NCBI GenBank assembly: GCA_963793425.1
Contig: CAWCAG010000009.1
Location: 224,001-288,000 of the forward strand
From: an uncultured cyanobacterium
GTDB lineage: Bacteria; Cyanobacteriota; Cyanobacteriia; Cyanobacteriales; CAWCAG01
Direction: 5' to 3'
Length of the DNA: 64,000 nucleotides
Within the stretch, counting starts at the first letter, position 1. Each line of letters opens with the position of its first letter. The translations under genes were made by a program, and so were the position numbers. Under the pieces are notes generated by a model. The model did no database searches. It was not told where the DNA came from and saw only the letters and a list, made by a program, of their open reading frames with translations. Positions 10,574-21,269 of the stretch are shown piece by piece.

Positions 10574-11194
10574 TTATTTATTTGATTTACTTTCTAAAAC
10601 AAAAAAGTAATGATATGGGTGTAAAGCATCTTGGTGTTCTCTGATAATATTCAAACCAGCATTAGTGATCGAGTTGGTAATGCGCTTTTTCGGGTATCCT
10701 TTTAAACCAATTTCCCAGCAATGTTCATCAGGAGTTACTGGTTTTTCGCTCCAAAATTTGGGGATTTGTAGGAGCAAACTGCGAGGTCTTTTATTAAAAG
10801 AAAAGTGAAGTTGTAAAGAAAGGTATTCAGTATTATAAGGTAAGGAAATAACCACAAATTTTTTAGTGGATTGAGCAATTTTCTCTAAAGCAACCTCAAA
10901 CTTATCATAAGAAATATGTTCTAGAACCTGAAAGATGACTATGGCATCAAAAGTCTGTTGAGGAATTTGGAAATCGCTAGTCAAGTCGAGAATTAAGTCT
11001 GGTTTTAAGCTCGCATCAAAATCTGCTGTGGTGACGTTATATCCATATCTGGCTAATATTTCTGAAAACAAAGAGTTATATGTGCCAATTTCCAGTATAT
11101 CTTTAACTTGGCGACCAAGAGAACGAATAATTCTAGCTTGATTATAATAGCTAATTAGTCTATTTTTGCTTAAATATTCTTGTGCTGTAGTCAT
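10574..11194 (-). CDS. Class I SAM-dependent methyltransferase (polysaccharide cluster)
   Basis: ILEIG motif I, FDAIVIFQVLEHI. Confidence 0.8.
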   Translation of the reverse strand: MTTAQEYLSKNRLISYYNQARIIRSLGRQVKDILEIGTYNSLFSEILARYGYNVTTADFDASLKPDLILDLTSDFQIPQQTFDAIVIFQVLEHISYDKFEVALEKIAQSTKKFVVISLPYNTEYLSLQLHFSFNKRPRSLLLQIPKFWSEKPVTPDEHCWEIGLKGYPKKRITNSITNAGLNIIREHQDALHPYHYFFVLESKSNK

Positions 11195-11222
11195 TAATAA
11201 CCTCGAAATTTCCTCTACTTAC

Positions 11223-12164
11223 TTAGCTTTTTAATAACTTCTTCAGCTTACTTTGTTGTTTAGGTATCAAAACAATCGCCAATATTTTTAGAGCAACAAC
11301 TGAAATTAGTTTACTTCGCTGCTTGATCAACCAAAAATTAGATTGCCAAGCTTTAAACAAAAATTTAAAAGCTTGTATACCTTTAACCCTAGACATTTCT
11401 CCTTCTAGAACTCTAAAAAGTAAATATTGATAAAAGTTACTAATACTTTGTCTTTTAAGATACCCAAAAGAACTAGGAGCATTACAAAACATTTTCTCAA
11501 TAACTTCTAATCCTTGCTTTTCCATTTTCACTAAATTACTAGAAGCGGAATTGCTTCCCATCCGATATAAAATATGAGTGCAAGGTAACACCACAAAATT
11601 GTATTTAGCTGCCAGACGAGTCCATAATTCCCAATCTTCGCCATAAGCTAAACATTCATCAAAGTTACCAACTTCCTGCAAAGCTGCTTTTTTAATTAAG
11701 GGATTAGAACCGTTTTCTACAAAATTATGCACCAATATCTCCTGATAAACATTGCCATTTAAGGTTTTATGCTCACCTGGATGTAAAAAACTACCGGATT
11801 CATCAATATAATCAGTCCAACTATAAGCTACTGCTGCTTGAGGGTTGTTTTTTAATGCTTCTAGTTGTTCTTTTAGTTTATTAGGTTGCCAAAGATCATC
11901 TGCATCTAAAAAAGCAATATATTCACCTTTAGCTAAAGAGATTCCTAGATTGCGGCTAGCACTAACCCCACGATTTTGTTGGGACAATACTTTGATTCTC
12001 TTATCGGCAATTGTAGCTATCTTATCTAAAGTTGAATCATTAGAACCGTCATCAATAACTAATATTTCAAAATCAGACCAAGTTTGTTGTAAAACAGAAT
12101 TAATAGTTAATTGAATTGTTTTTTCAGCATTGTAAGCCGGAATAATCACAGAGATAGTAGGCAT
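11223..12164 (-). CDS. Glycosyltransferase family 2
   Basis: SVIIPAYN, DDGS, FLDADD, EDWEL. Confidence 0.92.
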   Translation of the reverse strand: MPTISVIIPAYNAEKTIQLTINSVLQQTWSDFEILVIDDGSNDSTLDKIATIADKRIKVLSQQNRGVSASRNLGISLAKGEYIAFLDADDLWQPNKLKEQLEALKNNPQAAVAYSWTDYIDESGSFLHPGEHKTLNGNVYQEILVHNFVENGSNPLIKKAALQEVGNFDECLAYGEDWELWTRLAAKYNFVVLPCTHILYRMGSNSASSNLVKMEKQGLEVIEKMFCNAPSSFGYLKRQSISNFYQYLLFRVLEGEMSRVKGIQAFKFLFKAWQSNFWLIKQRSKLISVVALKILAIVLIPKQQSKLKKLLKS

Positions 12165-12168
12165 AAGC

Positions 12169-13155
12169 TTAATACGGTTCTAAACATAAATAACCCATCA
12201 AGGCATCAATATTAGATAGCTTACCTGCCTTATTCAAAATTGTCTGAGCTTGTCGAGGAGGCAAAAGAGTCATAATTATAATCTTCCCTAAAACTTTAGC
12301 TAATACTCTAGCCCTTAAAAAAGAAGGGTCATACTTGAGAGTTTGCCAAAGAAATCTTGATGCTATAATACCTTTACTCCTTTGGGAGTCCCCTTGTAGA
12401 GTTCTGTGAACTAATCCTTTATAACGATTAGCAAAAATGTCTCTTCTCAACCTTCGTACCGACTCAGGGGCTTCAGCAAGAGAACGTTTAATTACTCTTA
12501 AACTAGCTACTTCCATTCTTTCTACATTAGAAGACCAAGAACCAGGAGAAACTCGATAAAATATTTGTGGACATTCTACACAAACAAAATGATATTTAGC
12601 AGCTAATCTTAACCACATATCCCAATCTTGAGCAGCCGGAAGAGTTTCATCAAAACCACCAGCTTCAGCGAAAGCTTCCCTAAATATTAAAGGATTAGAA
12701 CCACTTTCAATAAAGTCAATTAATAATAGTTTCGCAAAGACATCACCGTTAGCTGTTTTATAACTACCTCTGCGTATTAACGTTCCCTTTTCATCAACCC
12801 AATTTGTCCAACTATAAGCAACTTTTGCCGAAGCTGAATCTTTTATTGCTTGTAATTGTTTTTCTAGTTTATCTGAACTCCACTGGTCATCCGCATCTAA
12901 AAAAGAAATATATTGCCCACAAGCATGAGAAAAACCACGATTACGGGTTGGATTAGGGCCAGAATTGGGATAGGTGAAAATTTGTATACGTTCATCCTTA
13001 ATACCTTGAACTAAATCAAGAGTAGAGTCAGTCGAACCATCATTAACAATAATTAGTTCCCAATGGGAATAAGTCTGGTTTAAAACTGATTCGATGGTTG
13101 ATTGAATCGTTTGTTCGGCATTATAGGATGGAATAATGACTGATATTAATTGCAT
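12169..13155 (-). CDS. Glycosyltransferase family 2
   Basis: SVIIPSYN, NDGSTD, FLDADD, QDWDMW; paralogue of its neighbour. Confidence 0.92.
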   Translation of the reverse strand: MQLISVIIPSYNAEQTIQSTIESVLNQTYSHWELIIVNDGSTDSTLDLVQGIKDERIQIFTYPNSGPNPTRNRGFSHACGQYISFLDADDQWSSDKLEKQLQAIKDSASAKVAYSWTNWVDEKGTLIRRGSYKTANGDVFAKLLLIDFIESGSNPLIFREAFAEAGGFDETLPAAQDWDMWLRLAAKYHFVCVECPQIFYRVSPGSWSSNVERMEVASLRVIKRSLAEAPESVRRLRRDIFANRYKGLVHRTLQGDSQRSKGIIASRFLWQTLKYDPSFLRARVLAKVLGKIIIMTLLPPRQAQTILNKAGKLSNIDALMGYLCLEPY

Positions 13156-13208
13156 TAATTCAAGCTCCCTGAAATATCAAACTTAGGGAAAACGTACAAA
13201 AGAAATAA

Positions 13209-14171
13209 TTAAACTTTAGATGGTTTTCTGAGCAGTCTTGGCAAAGGATAAAAGACACTCAAAAAACTTCCCCAGAAAAATTCTTTTTGAAAAGCGGGAA
13301 CCAATTCTGTTTGCAAATTCCCTTTATACTTAAGAAAGTAGATAAGAAGACGACGCAAATTGCCTAAGCAAGTTCGCACAAAAATGAAAGGTTTTTGCCA
13401 AGTGCTAGCATTGATAATTCGCAAAGAAAAAGTTGCTAAACCTGTACCGCGAGCTAAATTGAGTAAGTAACTTCTTTCCAAACGTTGGCGAGGTATTTGG
13501 TGATCAATTTGCATCTCAGGGTTGTACCAAATTTGCCAACCTGATTTGTGCATATATAGTAGCAACTCATAATCTTCCCCTGCTACCAAAGTATTCCCAA
13601 CTCTACCAATTAAACTTAAACGATTGGGTACGCTTTCAATCCATGCCTGTTTACGAATTACCAAACCTGCCCCAGGGGGAAGTCTTAGTTTATCTGGTTC
13701 AAATAAATAAGCCTTATAACCTAATTCCCTAATCGCTAAAAATTGTTGTATTTGTTCAAAATTTTGGGGAGGTTCTACTTCAAAGTCACCATGAATTTGA
13801 CCACTACAAGCCCCAGCTTGAGGATGGTTTTCTCCGAATATAAAAGCTGCTTGAATCCAATTAGGAGTAGGTAAATTATCATCATCAAGAAAACCGACAT
13901 ATTTACCTTTAGCTGCTTCAACAGCTTTTTGCCTAGCAAAAGCAAGACCTTGTTGCGACTCAAAACAGTATCTTAAAGGAATAGAATTAGCCCAATTTTC
14001 TTGATACTCCTTAACCACTTCAGCCGTGGAATCGCTGCTATTATTGTCAACAACCAGAATTTCCCAATTCAGTTGTTCTATTCCGGTTTGCAACTTAAGT
14101 TTGTCTAATACTTGAGGTAGACGAGTTGCCCCGTTGTAGGTAGGAATTGCTACAGTAAAATCAACGGACAT
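13209..14171 (-). CDS. hpsE: Hormogonium-polysaccharide-type GT2 glycosyltransferase HpsE
   Basis: DFTVAIPTYNG, VVDNNS, FLDDDN, LPPGAGL, GED; first gene of the GT cluster. Confidence 0.75.
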   Translation of the reverse strand: MSVDFTVAIPTYNGATRLPQVLDKLKLQTGIEQLNWEILVVDNNSSDSTAEVVKEYQENWANSIPLRYCFESQQGLAFARQKAVEAAKGKYVGFLDDDNLPTPNWIQAAFIFGENHPQAGACSGQIHGDFEVEPPQNFEQIQQFLAIRELGYKAYLFEPDKLRLPPGAGLVIRKQAWIESVPNRLSLIGRVGNTLVAGEDYELLLYMHKSGWQIWYNPEMQIDHQIPRQRLERSYLLNLARGTGLATFSLRIINASTWQKPFIFVRTCLGNLRRLLIYFLKYKGNLQTELVPAFQKEFFWGSFLSVFYPLPRLLRKPSKV

Positions 14172-14203
14172 AATTGTTAATTTGCTTGGTAGATGGTGAT
14201 ATC

Positions 14204-16867
14204 CTAACTAGGAACCACTTCTGGTTTCACCACCTTAACAGACTCATCCTCTTGCTTGCCAAATGTTAAGCTGTTTTCTGTACAGTCGATGATTACTGTA
14301 TCCCCTTCTACAAAGGTGTTTTCCAATATTTTTGTGGCAATAGGATTTTCTAATTCTTTTTGAATCGCCCTTTTTAAAGGACGGGCCCCATAAACCGGAT
14401 CATAGCCAACATTAACAATATAATCTTGAGCCGCATCAGAAAGTTCTAAGGTTAGTTTTTGATCAGCTAGAAGTTTCTCAATCCGTTTGAGTTGAATAGT
14501 AACAATTTGCCGCAACTCTTTTTTATTAAGGGAATGGAAGATAATTAGATCATCTACTCGATTAATAAATTCTGGGCGAAAGTGTCCTCGCAAGGCTTCA
14601 GTAACTTTTTTGTGAATCTGTTCATAATCAGATGCTTTACCTGTTACTTTGAGGATATGTTCGCTACCAATATTACTAGTCATCACAATAATGGTATTGC
14701 GAAAATCAACGGTTCTACCTTGGGAATCTGTTACCCTGCCGTCGTCAAGGACTTGCAACAAAATGTTAAAAACATCAGCATGAGCCTTTTCTACCTCATC
14801 CAATAGCAACACTGAGTAAGGGCGACGACGGATTGCTTCGGTTAACTGCCCTCCTTCTTCATAACCAACATACCCTGGAGGCGCACCAACCAATCGGGAG
14901 ACAGCGTGTTTCTCCATATACTCAGACATATCAATGCGTACTAAAGCTTCGTCGCTATCAAAGAGAAATTGGGCTAAGGTTCTGGCTAATTCCGTCTTTC
15001 CTACCCCTGTAGGTCCCATGAACAGGAAAGAACCAATGGGACGAGAGGGGTCTTTCATTCCCGCCCTAGCGCGGCGTATAGCGGCTGCTACCGCAGATAC
15101 AGCTTCTTGTTGCCCAATTACTCTTTGGTGCAAATGGCCTTCTAATTGTAATAATTTTTGCCTTTCTGATTCTAAAAGACGATTAACAGGAATCCCTGTC
15201 CACCGGGCCACAATTTCAGCAATATCCCCTTCTGTCACCTCTTCCCGCAACAAAGCTGTACCTTGAGATTGAATATCTAAAAGTTTGCTTTCTTTCTCTT
15301 CTAAAACCCTTTGTATGCCTTCTAAACGCCCGTACTTTAATTGGGCAGCCTTGTTAAGGTCGTAAGCCCTTTCTGCTTGTTCTACTTGTAAGCGAAGCTG
15401 TTCTTCTTCTTCTTTAAGATTCTTAATCTCTTCGAGCATTTGCTTCTCTGATTGCCATTGGGAAGAAAGTTTTTCCTGCTTACCTTGCAACCCGTCAATT
15501 TCCTGTTCAATTTTCTCTAACCGATCTTTAGCTGAACTATAACCTGGGGAAGTTCCCCCTTGTTCTTTTTCCCCTTCCAAAGAGAGTTTTTCCATCTGTA
15601 ATTGCATGATGCGGCGGTCAATTACTTCTAATTCTACGGGTTTAGAAGTAATCTCCATTTTTAACTTCGCCGCCGCTTCATCAACTAAATCAATGGCTTT
15701 GTCGGGTAAGAAGCGATCACTTATATAACGTTGAGAAAGAGTAGCAGCCGCAACTAAAGATGAATCGGTTATTTTCACCCCGTGGTGGACTTCGTAGCGC
15801 TCTTTCAATCCTCTTAAAATAGAGATTGTATCTTCAACCGTAGGTTGCTTGACCAAAACCTGTTGGAAGCGCCTTTCTAGGGCTGGATCTTTTTCAATAT
15901 GCTTGCGATACTCATCTAAAGTAGTTGCCCCGATACACCGCAATTCTCCCCTAGCTAACATCGGTTTCAACAAATTTCCGGCATCCATTGAACCTTGGCT
16001 TGAACCTGTACCGACTACAGTATGAAGTTCATCAATAAAGAGAACAATTTGACCATCAGAATTAGTCACTTCTCGCAAAACTGTCCGTAACCGGGCTTCA
16101 AATTCTCCTCGGTATTTCGCCCCAGCAATGAGACTACCCATATCTAGGGTGATTAGCTGGCGATTCTTCAAAGATTCTGGGACATCACCATTAATAATTC
16201 TTTGTGCCAATCCTTCAGCGATCGCCGTTTTCCCAACTCCCGGCTCCCCAATCAAAACTGGATTATTCTTAGAACGTCGGGACAAAACCTGAACTACCCG
16301 GCGAATTTCTTCATCTCGCCCAATTACCGGGTCAAGTTTACCAGATTTAGCTTGTTCTGTTAAATCCCGGCCAAACTTTTCTAAAGCTTCGTATTTCTCC
16401 TCTTGGTCGGGTTCTGTAACCTTCTGAGAACCCCGTACTTCCTTGATTACCGTTTCTAAATCCTGGGGGTCTAAATTAAACTTCCGCAGTAAAGTACGCC
16501 CAACACGTTCATCTTCAGCAAAGCCCATCAGTAAATGTTCTACGGAAATAAACTTATCTTGCCAACTAACCCTAGAAGCCTCAGCTTTATCTAAAAGAAC
16601 ATCAAGGGCCTTACCTAAATAAAGCTGATCTACATTAGCAAACTGAGCCTGTCTTCCGGTAAATGCTTCTAACTGCTGATTTAACAGGGCTATGTCAATC
16701 TTAGCTTTCTGTAAAATTCCCTGGGACAAACCTTCTTCCTTCAGCAGGCTCAACATTAAATGTTCCACCTCTAACTGCTGATTTTGAAAGCGTCGGGCAA
16801 TTTCTTGAGATTTAACAATCGCTTCCCAAGCTTGGTCGGTAAATTTGCTGTCGTCGGTGGGCTGCAT
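14204..16867 (-). CDS. clpB: ATP-dependent chaperone ClpB
   Basis: Two AAA+ domains ([16 protein letters not shown]), coiled-coil middle domain, KYRGEFE. Confidence 0.97.
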   Translation of the reverse strand: MQPTDDSKFTDQAWEAIVKSQEIARRFQNQQLEVEHLMLSLLKEEGLSQGILQKAKIDIALLNQQLEAFTGRQAQFANVDQLYLGKALDVLLDKAEASRVSWQDKFISVEHLLMGFAEDERVGRTLLRKFNLDPQDLETVIKEVRGSQKVTEPDQEEKYEALEKFGRDLTEQAKSGKLDPVIGRDEEIRRVVQVLSRRSKNNPVLIGEPGVGKTAIAEGLAQRIINGDVPESLKNRQLITLDMGSLIAGAKYRGEFEARLRTVLREVTNSDGQIVLFIDELHTVVGTGSSQGSMDAGNLLKPMLARGELRCIGATTLDEYRKHIEKDPALERRFQQVLVKQPTVEDTISILRGLKERYEVHHGVKITDSSLVAAATLSQRYISDRFLPDKAIDLVDEAAAKLKMEITSKPVELEVIDRRIMQLQMEKLSLEGEKEQGGTSPGYSSAKDRLEKIEQEIDGLQGKQEKLSSQWQSEKQMLEEIKNLKEEEEQLRLQVEQAERAYDLNKAAQLKYGRLEGIQRVLEEKESKLLDIQSQGTALLREEVTEGDIAEIVARWTGIPVNRLLESERQKLLQLEGHLHQRVIGQQEAVSAVAAAIRRARAGMKDPSRPIGSFLFMGPTGVGKTELARTLAQFLFDSDEALVRIDMSEYMEKHAVSRLVGAPPGYVGYEEGGQLTEAIRRRPYSVLLLDEVEKAHADVFNILLQVLDDGRVTDSQGRTVDFRNTIIVMTSNIGSEHILKVTGKASDYEQIHKKVTEALRGHFRPEFINRVDDLIIFHSLNKKELRQIVTIQLKRIEKLLADQKLTLELSDAAQDYIVNVGYDPVYGARPLKRAIQKELENPIATKILENTFVEGDTVIIDCTENSLTFGKQEDESVKVVKPEVVPS

Positions 16868-17097
16868 TGGCTAAAGTTATTTCCCAGCAATATCTGTAGT
16901 GGTTATGGAAAACAGTATAGCAAGATGTTATGTTACGGTTCTTCACTTTGGGTTTTTGGCTATAGGCAATAAGGAACAGTGTGATAGGCGATCGCATAAT
17001 GATGCTACACTCCCTTAAATTATCAAGATAGGTGAAGATAAAAAGAGTAAGGTAGTATTTCCATGACGCAAACTCCTGTTCTCACCAATCCTCTCCT

Positions 17098-17407
17098 AGA
17101 TAAGTGTATTATTCATTATCAAACCAGTTTGGTCTAGAGAATTACCATCAATTCCTACTTCTGTAAATGCTGCTGTAAATATAAGGGTCGCGGGGGGACA
17201 CCCTGAGACTCTAAAGCGCACCGAACTCGCGCCGCCGAAAGGCCCAAGGGAACGCGGAGCAAGAAACGGACGTGGAGGTAGGCAGCTATACTACAACTGT
17301 AGCAGCAACCTGTGAAACGTCAACCCAACTAGAACCCGTGCAACTGTCGTTGTTTGGGTAGATAGGGAATCCCCGTACCTTAGCGAATAGGTCGGGGAGG
17401 ATGTCAA
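17098..17407 (+). mobile_element. tnpB: Non-autonomous IS200/IS605 derivative: internally deleted tnpB with intact right end/omegaRNA
   Basis: Frame from 17121 reads KPVWSRELPSIPTSV|NAAVNIRVAGGHPETL, a TnpB mid-region fused to the C-terminus; ends GAATCCCCG...CGGGGAGGATGTCAA, a typical right end; left boundary approximate. Confidence 0.8.
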
Positions 17408-17515
17408 AGAGCTTGATCTGGCTTTGATTGGGGAGTAGAAGGAGGTTTTCTTTAACTCCTTTTGCGGTAATGAAAACTAAGGCTAAAATCAAAGGAAAGA
17501 ACAAAATCTCTTTTT

Positions 17516-17887
17516 ATGGCAGACTTAAGCGGTACTTGGCTCGGTACTTATTGGCAAAGGGGAGTTCCTACTCGTTTTGAATTAACTTTGGTACAAGGTG
17601 GCAATACTTTAAGGGGCAATATTTTGGATGATGGCCCCTTGGGAGAAGCTGCTGTGGTTGGTGAGGTGGTTGGTAGGCGGGTTGATTTCACGAAAAGCTA
17701 TCTGAGCGGTTCTCGTTACTCCATTAGTTATACCGGTACTGTTTCTGAGGATGAAGATTCTCTGGGGGGACAGTGGCAGCTTGACTATTTATCTGGGTCT
17801 TGGGAGGCACATCGCAGCGGGGATAATTTGGTGGCGGATCTTGCTAGTCGTGTGGCGAAAAAAGAACCTGTTTCTCTGGGTTTTTGA
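17516..17887 (+). CDS. Conserved cyanobacterial hypothetical protein (small beta-barrel-like)
   Basis: MADLSGTWLGTYWQ...GSWEAHR, clean ORF. Confidence 0.75.
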   Translation: MADLSGTWLGTYWQRGVPTRFELTLVQGGNTLRGNILDDGPLGEAAVVGEVVGRRVDFTKSYLSGSRYSISYTGTVSEDEDSLGGQWQLDYLSGSWEAHRSGDNLVADLASRVAKKEPVSLGF

Positions 17888-18014
17888 AGGGTAGCTAATT
17901 GCTAGTGGCTAGTGGCTAGTGGCTAGTTGTTAAAGTCTAAGATTTCAGAGGATCTTTTATTAGTTGGAGTAGTCTAGGAGTATGTCACGACGTTCCACTT
18001 CTGAATAATCGCTC

Positions 18015-18485
18015 CTAAGCTGAATGCCGTATCATCTCCACCTCTGCATAGGTTTCAATCCACAAAGTTGCCCCGCCATCATGAGGCTTATCGAGATTGT
18101 AAATTATGCGGCAAGGCCCTTTAATATCTGCTTCATGAGCGTAAATATTTTTGTAATTACCTTGGTTGAGGCTGATTACTGGCTCAAATTCATTATTCTG
18201 TTTATTTTTGGTAATTACCTGCCTACTAACATAAATAGCTTTCACAGCAGAAGAGTAAGGTTTACCCCAACGAGGAGCGGGGCCTCTTTTGCCACGAGAA
18301 ACTTTGGGTTTACCACGATATAAAGGAATCGTCCAAGCTTTACCGCTTTTGTAAGCTCCTTTGATGCGTTGTTGTTGGAGTAAGTAGAGTACACGCCTGG
18401 GAGTAACCCTTAACATTCGGGCTGCTTTTTTGGTATCGATGAGTTCCATAATCGAGTTATTAGAAAAAGAACTGTTCTTTATCAA
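18015..18485 (-). CDS. Excisionase-like HTH DNA-binding protein with an extra C-terminal domain (start probably ATG 18449)
   Basis: IDTKKAARMLRVTPRRVLYLLQQQRIKGAYKSGKAWTIP = HTH_17-like. Confidence 0.75.
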   Translation of the reverse strand: MIKNSSFSNNSIMELIDTKKAARMLRVTPRRVLYLLQQQRIKGAYKSGKAWTIPLYRGKPKVSRGKRGPAPRWGKPYSSAVKAIYVSRQVITKNKQNNEFEPVISLNQGNYKNIYAHEADIKGPCRIIYNLDKPHDGGATLWIETYAEVEMIRHSA

Positions 18486-18522
18486 AGATAAAAGAATCCC
18501 AGGACAAAAGTAAATAGTTTTT

Positions 18523-19335
18523 TTAATTAAAAGAAGGGAAAAAGATTTGTAAATAAGCAGAGAGCATAGCTTCGCCCCAAAAGCAAGCTAAAACTCCCCC
18601 TAAAGCAAGGAAAGGGCCAAATGGCATCGGTTGTTTTCTGCTGAGAATACCAAGGGCGATCGCTCCTCCTCCCACAAATGCCCCTAAACCACAGGCGATG
18701 AAACTAGATAGTAATAAGTATTTCCAACCTAGCCAAGCCCCAATAGTAGCGCTGAGTTTAGCATCTCCTGCCCCCATTGCTGTTTGACCAAAAATGATTG
18801 TACCAATCCAGGCGATCGCTTCAAAGAGCCACATACCTAAAACTGCCCCACCAATTCCTACCATAAGTTGGTTAGCAACTCCTGAGATTTCTGAGGTATT
18901 TTGCCAGCCTAATAAGGCCTGAAAAACCAAACCTAAAACTAACCCTGATTGGGTAAGAGAGTTAGGTAAGGTCATGGTATCTAAATCTATTAAGGATAAG
19001 GTTAGTAACCAGCCAACTAAGAACCAATAACCGACTGTTTCCAGGCTAAGACCAAATAAGCTAAATACCAAAAGGAAGATTAGACCTGTAAATGCTTCGA
19101 CGATAGGATAACGAGGAGAAATCTGACTACGACAATGTTTACACTTACCTTTTAGCCACAACCACCCCAAAACCGGAATATTTTCTTTCTTCCCCAATCT
19201 ATTTAAACAATGAGGACAACGAGAAGGAGGCCAAAGAATCGATAAACCAGCGGGTAAGCGATAAACAACTACATTAATAAAGCTACCAATAGCAGCGCCC
19301 AAGGCGAAAACGATTAAGTAAAGGGGAATTGTCAT
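18523..19335 (-). CDS. pilD: Type IV prepilin peptidase/N-methyltransferase
   Basis: GSFINVVVYRLP, CPHC/CKHC, MGAGDAKL, PFGPFL. Confidence 0.95.
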   Translation of the reverse strand: MTIPLYLIVFALGAAIGSFINVVVYRLPAGLSILWPPSRCPHCLNRLGKKENIPVLGWLWLKGKCKHCRSQISPRYPIVEAFTGLIFLLVFSLFGLSLETVGYWFLVGWLLTLSLIDLDTMTLPNSLTQSGLVLGLVFQALLGWQNTSEISGVANQLMVGIGGAVLGMWLFEAIAWIGTIIFGQTAMGAGDAKLSATIGAWLGWKYLLLSSFIACGLGAFVGGGAIALGILSRKQPMPFGPFLALGGVLACFWGEAMLSAYLQIFFPSFN

Positions 19336-19337
19336 TT

Positions 19338-19418
19338 GCTAATGGCTAATGGCTAGTTGCTAGTTGTTTTCTCCCCAGTTCCCCAGCTCCCCAGTTCCCC
19401 AGCTCCCTACTCCCTACT
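19338..19418. repeat. Composite STRR (GCTAATG/GCTAGTT heptamers + CTCCCCAG nonamer-like units)
   Basis: Same composite at 61871-61938; related heptamer runs at ~3270-3320, 17892-17930, 35321-35357, 51335-51380 and 63395-63430. Confidence 0.85.
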
Positions 19419-19425
19419 TCCTTCT

Positions 19426-19689
19426 TCAATAATATTCCGACTCAAGCTGATTAAAAGGTACAAAAAACTCTTTGGGCAGTAAAGCTGGTTTGCGGTGAAA
19501 AATTAGGTGTCCTCGGTAGCTGTAACGATCTATCACTACACCGAGAGGTCGCTGAGTTAGGGTGGGATGGACTTCTAAATAAGTATTGTAAACCAGCCGA
19601 GCCGCCCGAATAATCATGGGGTCGATAAAAGCTGACAGATTGTTAGAGTCAGTTTGTTCTTCGAGTCTTTGCCCTGAGATATATACCAC
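19426..19689 (-). CDS. Conserved cyanobacterial hypothetical protein
   Basis: 87-aa ORF between leuB and pilD on the same strand. Confidence 0.7.
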   Translation of the reverse strand: MVYISGQRLEEQTDSNNLSAFIDPMIIRAARLVYNTYLEVHPTLTQRPLGVVIDRYSYRGHLIFHRKPALLPKEFFVPFNQLESEYY

Positions 19690-19839
19690 TGGTGTGTCCC
19701 TAAAGTTTTTCCCTCAGCTTTAATTTACCTAGTAGTCTGTCAATTTTCCATTTATGGGTAAAGAATAATCCTCTACTTAAAAAAGTAACCCTCGAACTTA
19801 ATCTCGACTCACTACTAGAAAGGAGCGCTATAGCAACAG

Positions 19840-20919
19840 CTATAAAACTTTTATTAAAGCCTCTCCCATTGCACGACACCCTAGTTGTTCTTTTCCTGGT
19901 GAGGTAATGTCACCTGTACGATAACCTTTGTCAAGAACTTTGGTTACTGCTTGTTCAATTTTATCAGCAGCTTGGGGTTGGTTTAAACCATAGCGTAACA
20001 TCATTGCTGCGCTAAGGATCTGAGCTAAAGGATTAGCTTTGTCTTGACCCGCTATATCTGGCGCGGAACCGTGAACAGGTTCAAAGACTCCTGCCCCATT
20101 TGCCCCTAGACTAGCAGAAGGTAACATCCCAATGCTACCCGTAAGCATGGCAGCCGCGTCAGAAAGGATATCCCCAAATAAGTTACCTGTGACAATGGTA
20201 TCAAACTGTTTAGGCCACCGAAGTAGTTGCATGGCGGCGTTATCAACATAAAGGTGAGATAGTTCTACGTGAGGATAATCTTTGGCTATAGCTATGACGC
20301 GATCGCGCCATAATTGAGATACATCTAGTACGTTAGCTTTGTCAACAGAACATAACTTACCTTGACGTTTTTGGGCAGTTTCAAAGCCGATTTTAGCAAT
20401 ACGATCTACTTCACTTTCTGTATAAGCCATGGTGTTAACCCCTCTTTTTTCCCCAGTTTCTGAGGTGAAAATCCCTTTGGGTTGACCAAAATAAACTCCC
20501 CCAGTAAGCTCCCTCACCACCATAATATCTACCCCTTCTATCACCTCTTTTTTGAGGCTAGAAGCGTCTATAAGTTGGGGCAAAATAGTCGCTGGGCGGA
20601 GATTAGCAAATAAATCTAAACCTGCCCTTAAGCCTAATAATCCTGTTTCTGGCCGTTGTTGCCGAGGTAAGTTGTCCCATTTATAACCACCAATGGCAGC
20701 GAGTAAGACAGCATCACTATTACGGCAAATATTTAAGGTTTCTGCTGGCAAAGGTTCTCCGGTTTCGTCAATTGCAACTCCGCCAATGAGGGCTTCGCTA
20801 AACTTAAACTCTAAATCGAATTCTTGGCCTATAACTTCCAACACCTCTACTGTAACGGTCATTATTTCCGGTCCAATGCCATCGCCGGGGAGTAGGGTAA
20901 TGTTGTAAGTCTCAGTCAT
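19840..20919 (-). CDS. leuB: 3-isopropylmalate dehydrogenase
   Basis: [41 protein letters not shown]. Confidence 0.97.
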   Translation of the reverse strand: MTETYNITLLPGDGIGPEIMTVTVEVLEVIGQEFDLEFKFSEALIGGVAIDETGEPLPAETLNICRNSDAVLLAAIGGYKWDNLPRQQRPETGLLGLRAGLDLFANLRPATILPQLIDASSLKKEVIEGVDIMVVRELTGGVYFGQPKGIFTSETGEKRGVNTMAYTESEVDRIAKIGFETAQKRQGKLCSVDKANVLDVSQLWRDRVIAIAKDYPHVELSHLYVDNAAMQLLRWPKQFDTIVTGNLFGDILSDAAAMLTGSIGMLPSASLGANGAGVFEPVHGSAPDIAGQDKANPLAQILSAAMMLRYGLNQPQAADKIEQAVTKVLDKGYRTGDITSPGKEQLGCRAMGEALIKVL

Positions 20920-21269
20920 GGTTTGTTTAGGGTAGATGTTCAGACTATTTTAATTGTTAATGGCTAATTATTATTAGCTTTAACCTTCCCAAAGCAGGCT
21001 TGAGATGATATTCTTTACTTGGTGGAAAAGGTGCGCTTCTAAAAAGGACTTTTTAAGCAGAATTTCTAGATTATTTCCCCTCAGCAACAAAAAACAGTGC
21101 TTACACAGAGAATAACCATAAACTTAAAGACTAAGCCTCATAGATATTCCGGACTAGATATTCTAAGTTAAGGAAGGGTTAGATAGTTTAAATCACGAGT
21201 ATTCTTATAATAATCAGGGGCATCTTAAGGTAAACCGAATGTACTTTAAGATAAAAATTTAGGTAGGAC

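Noticed and set aside
17286..17504. 72-aa minus-strand ORF
   Set aside because: It is antisense to the tnpB right end/omegaRNA, with no protein features.
21229..21244. NtcA box upstream of amt (GTA...TAC)
   Set aside because: The spacer is 9 nt rather than the canonical 8.
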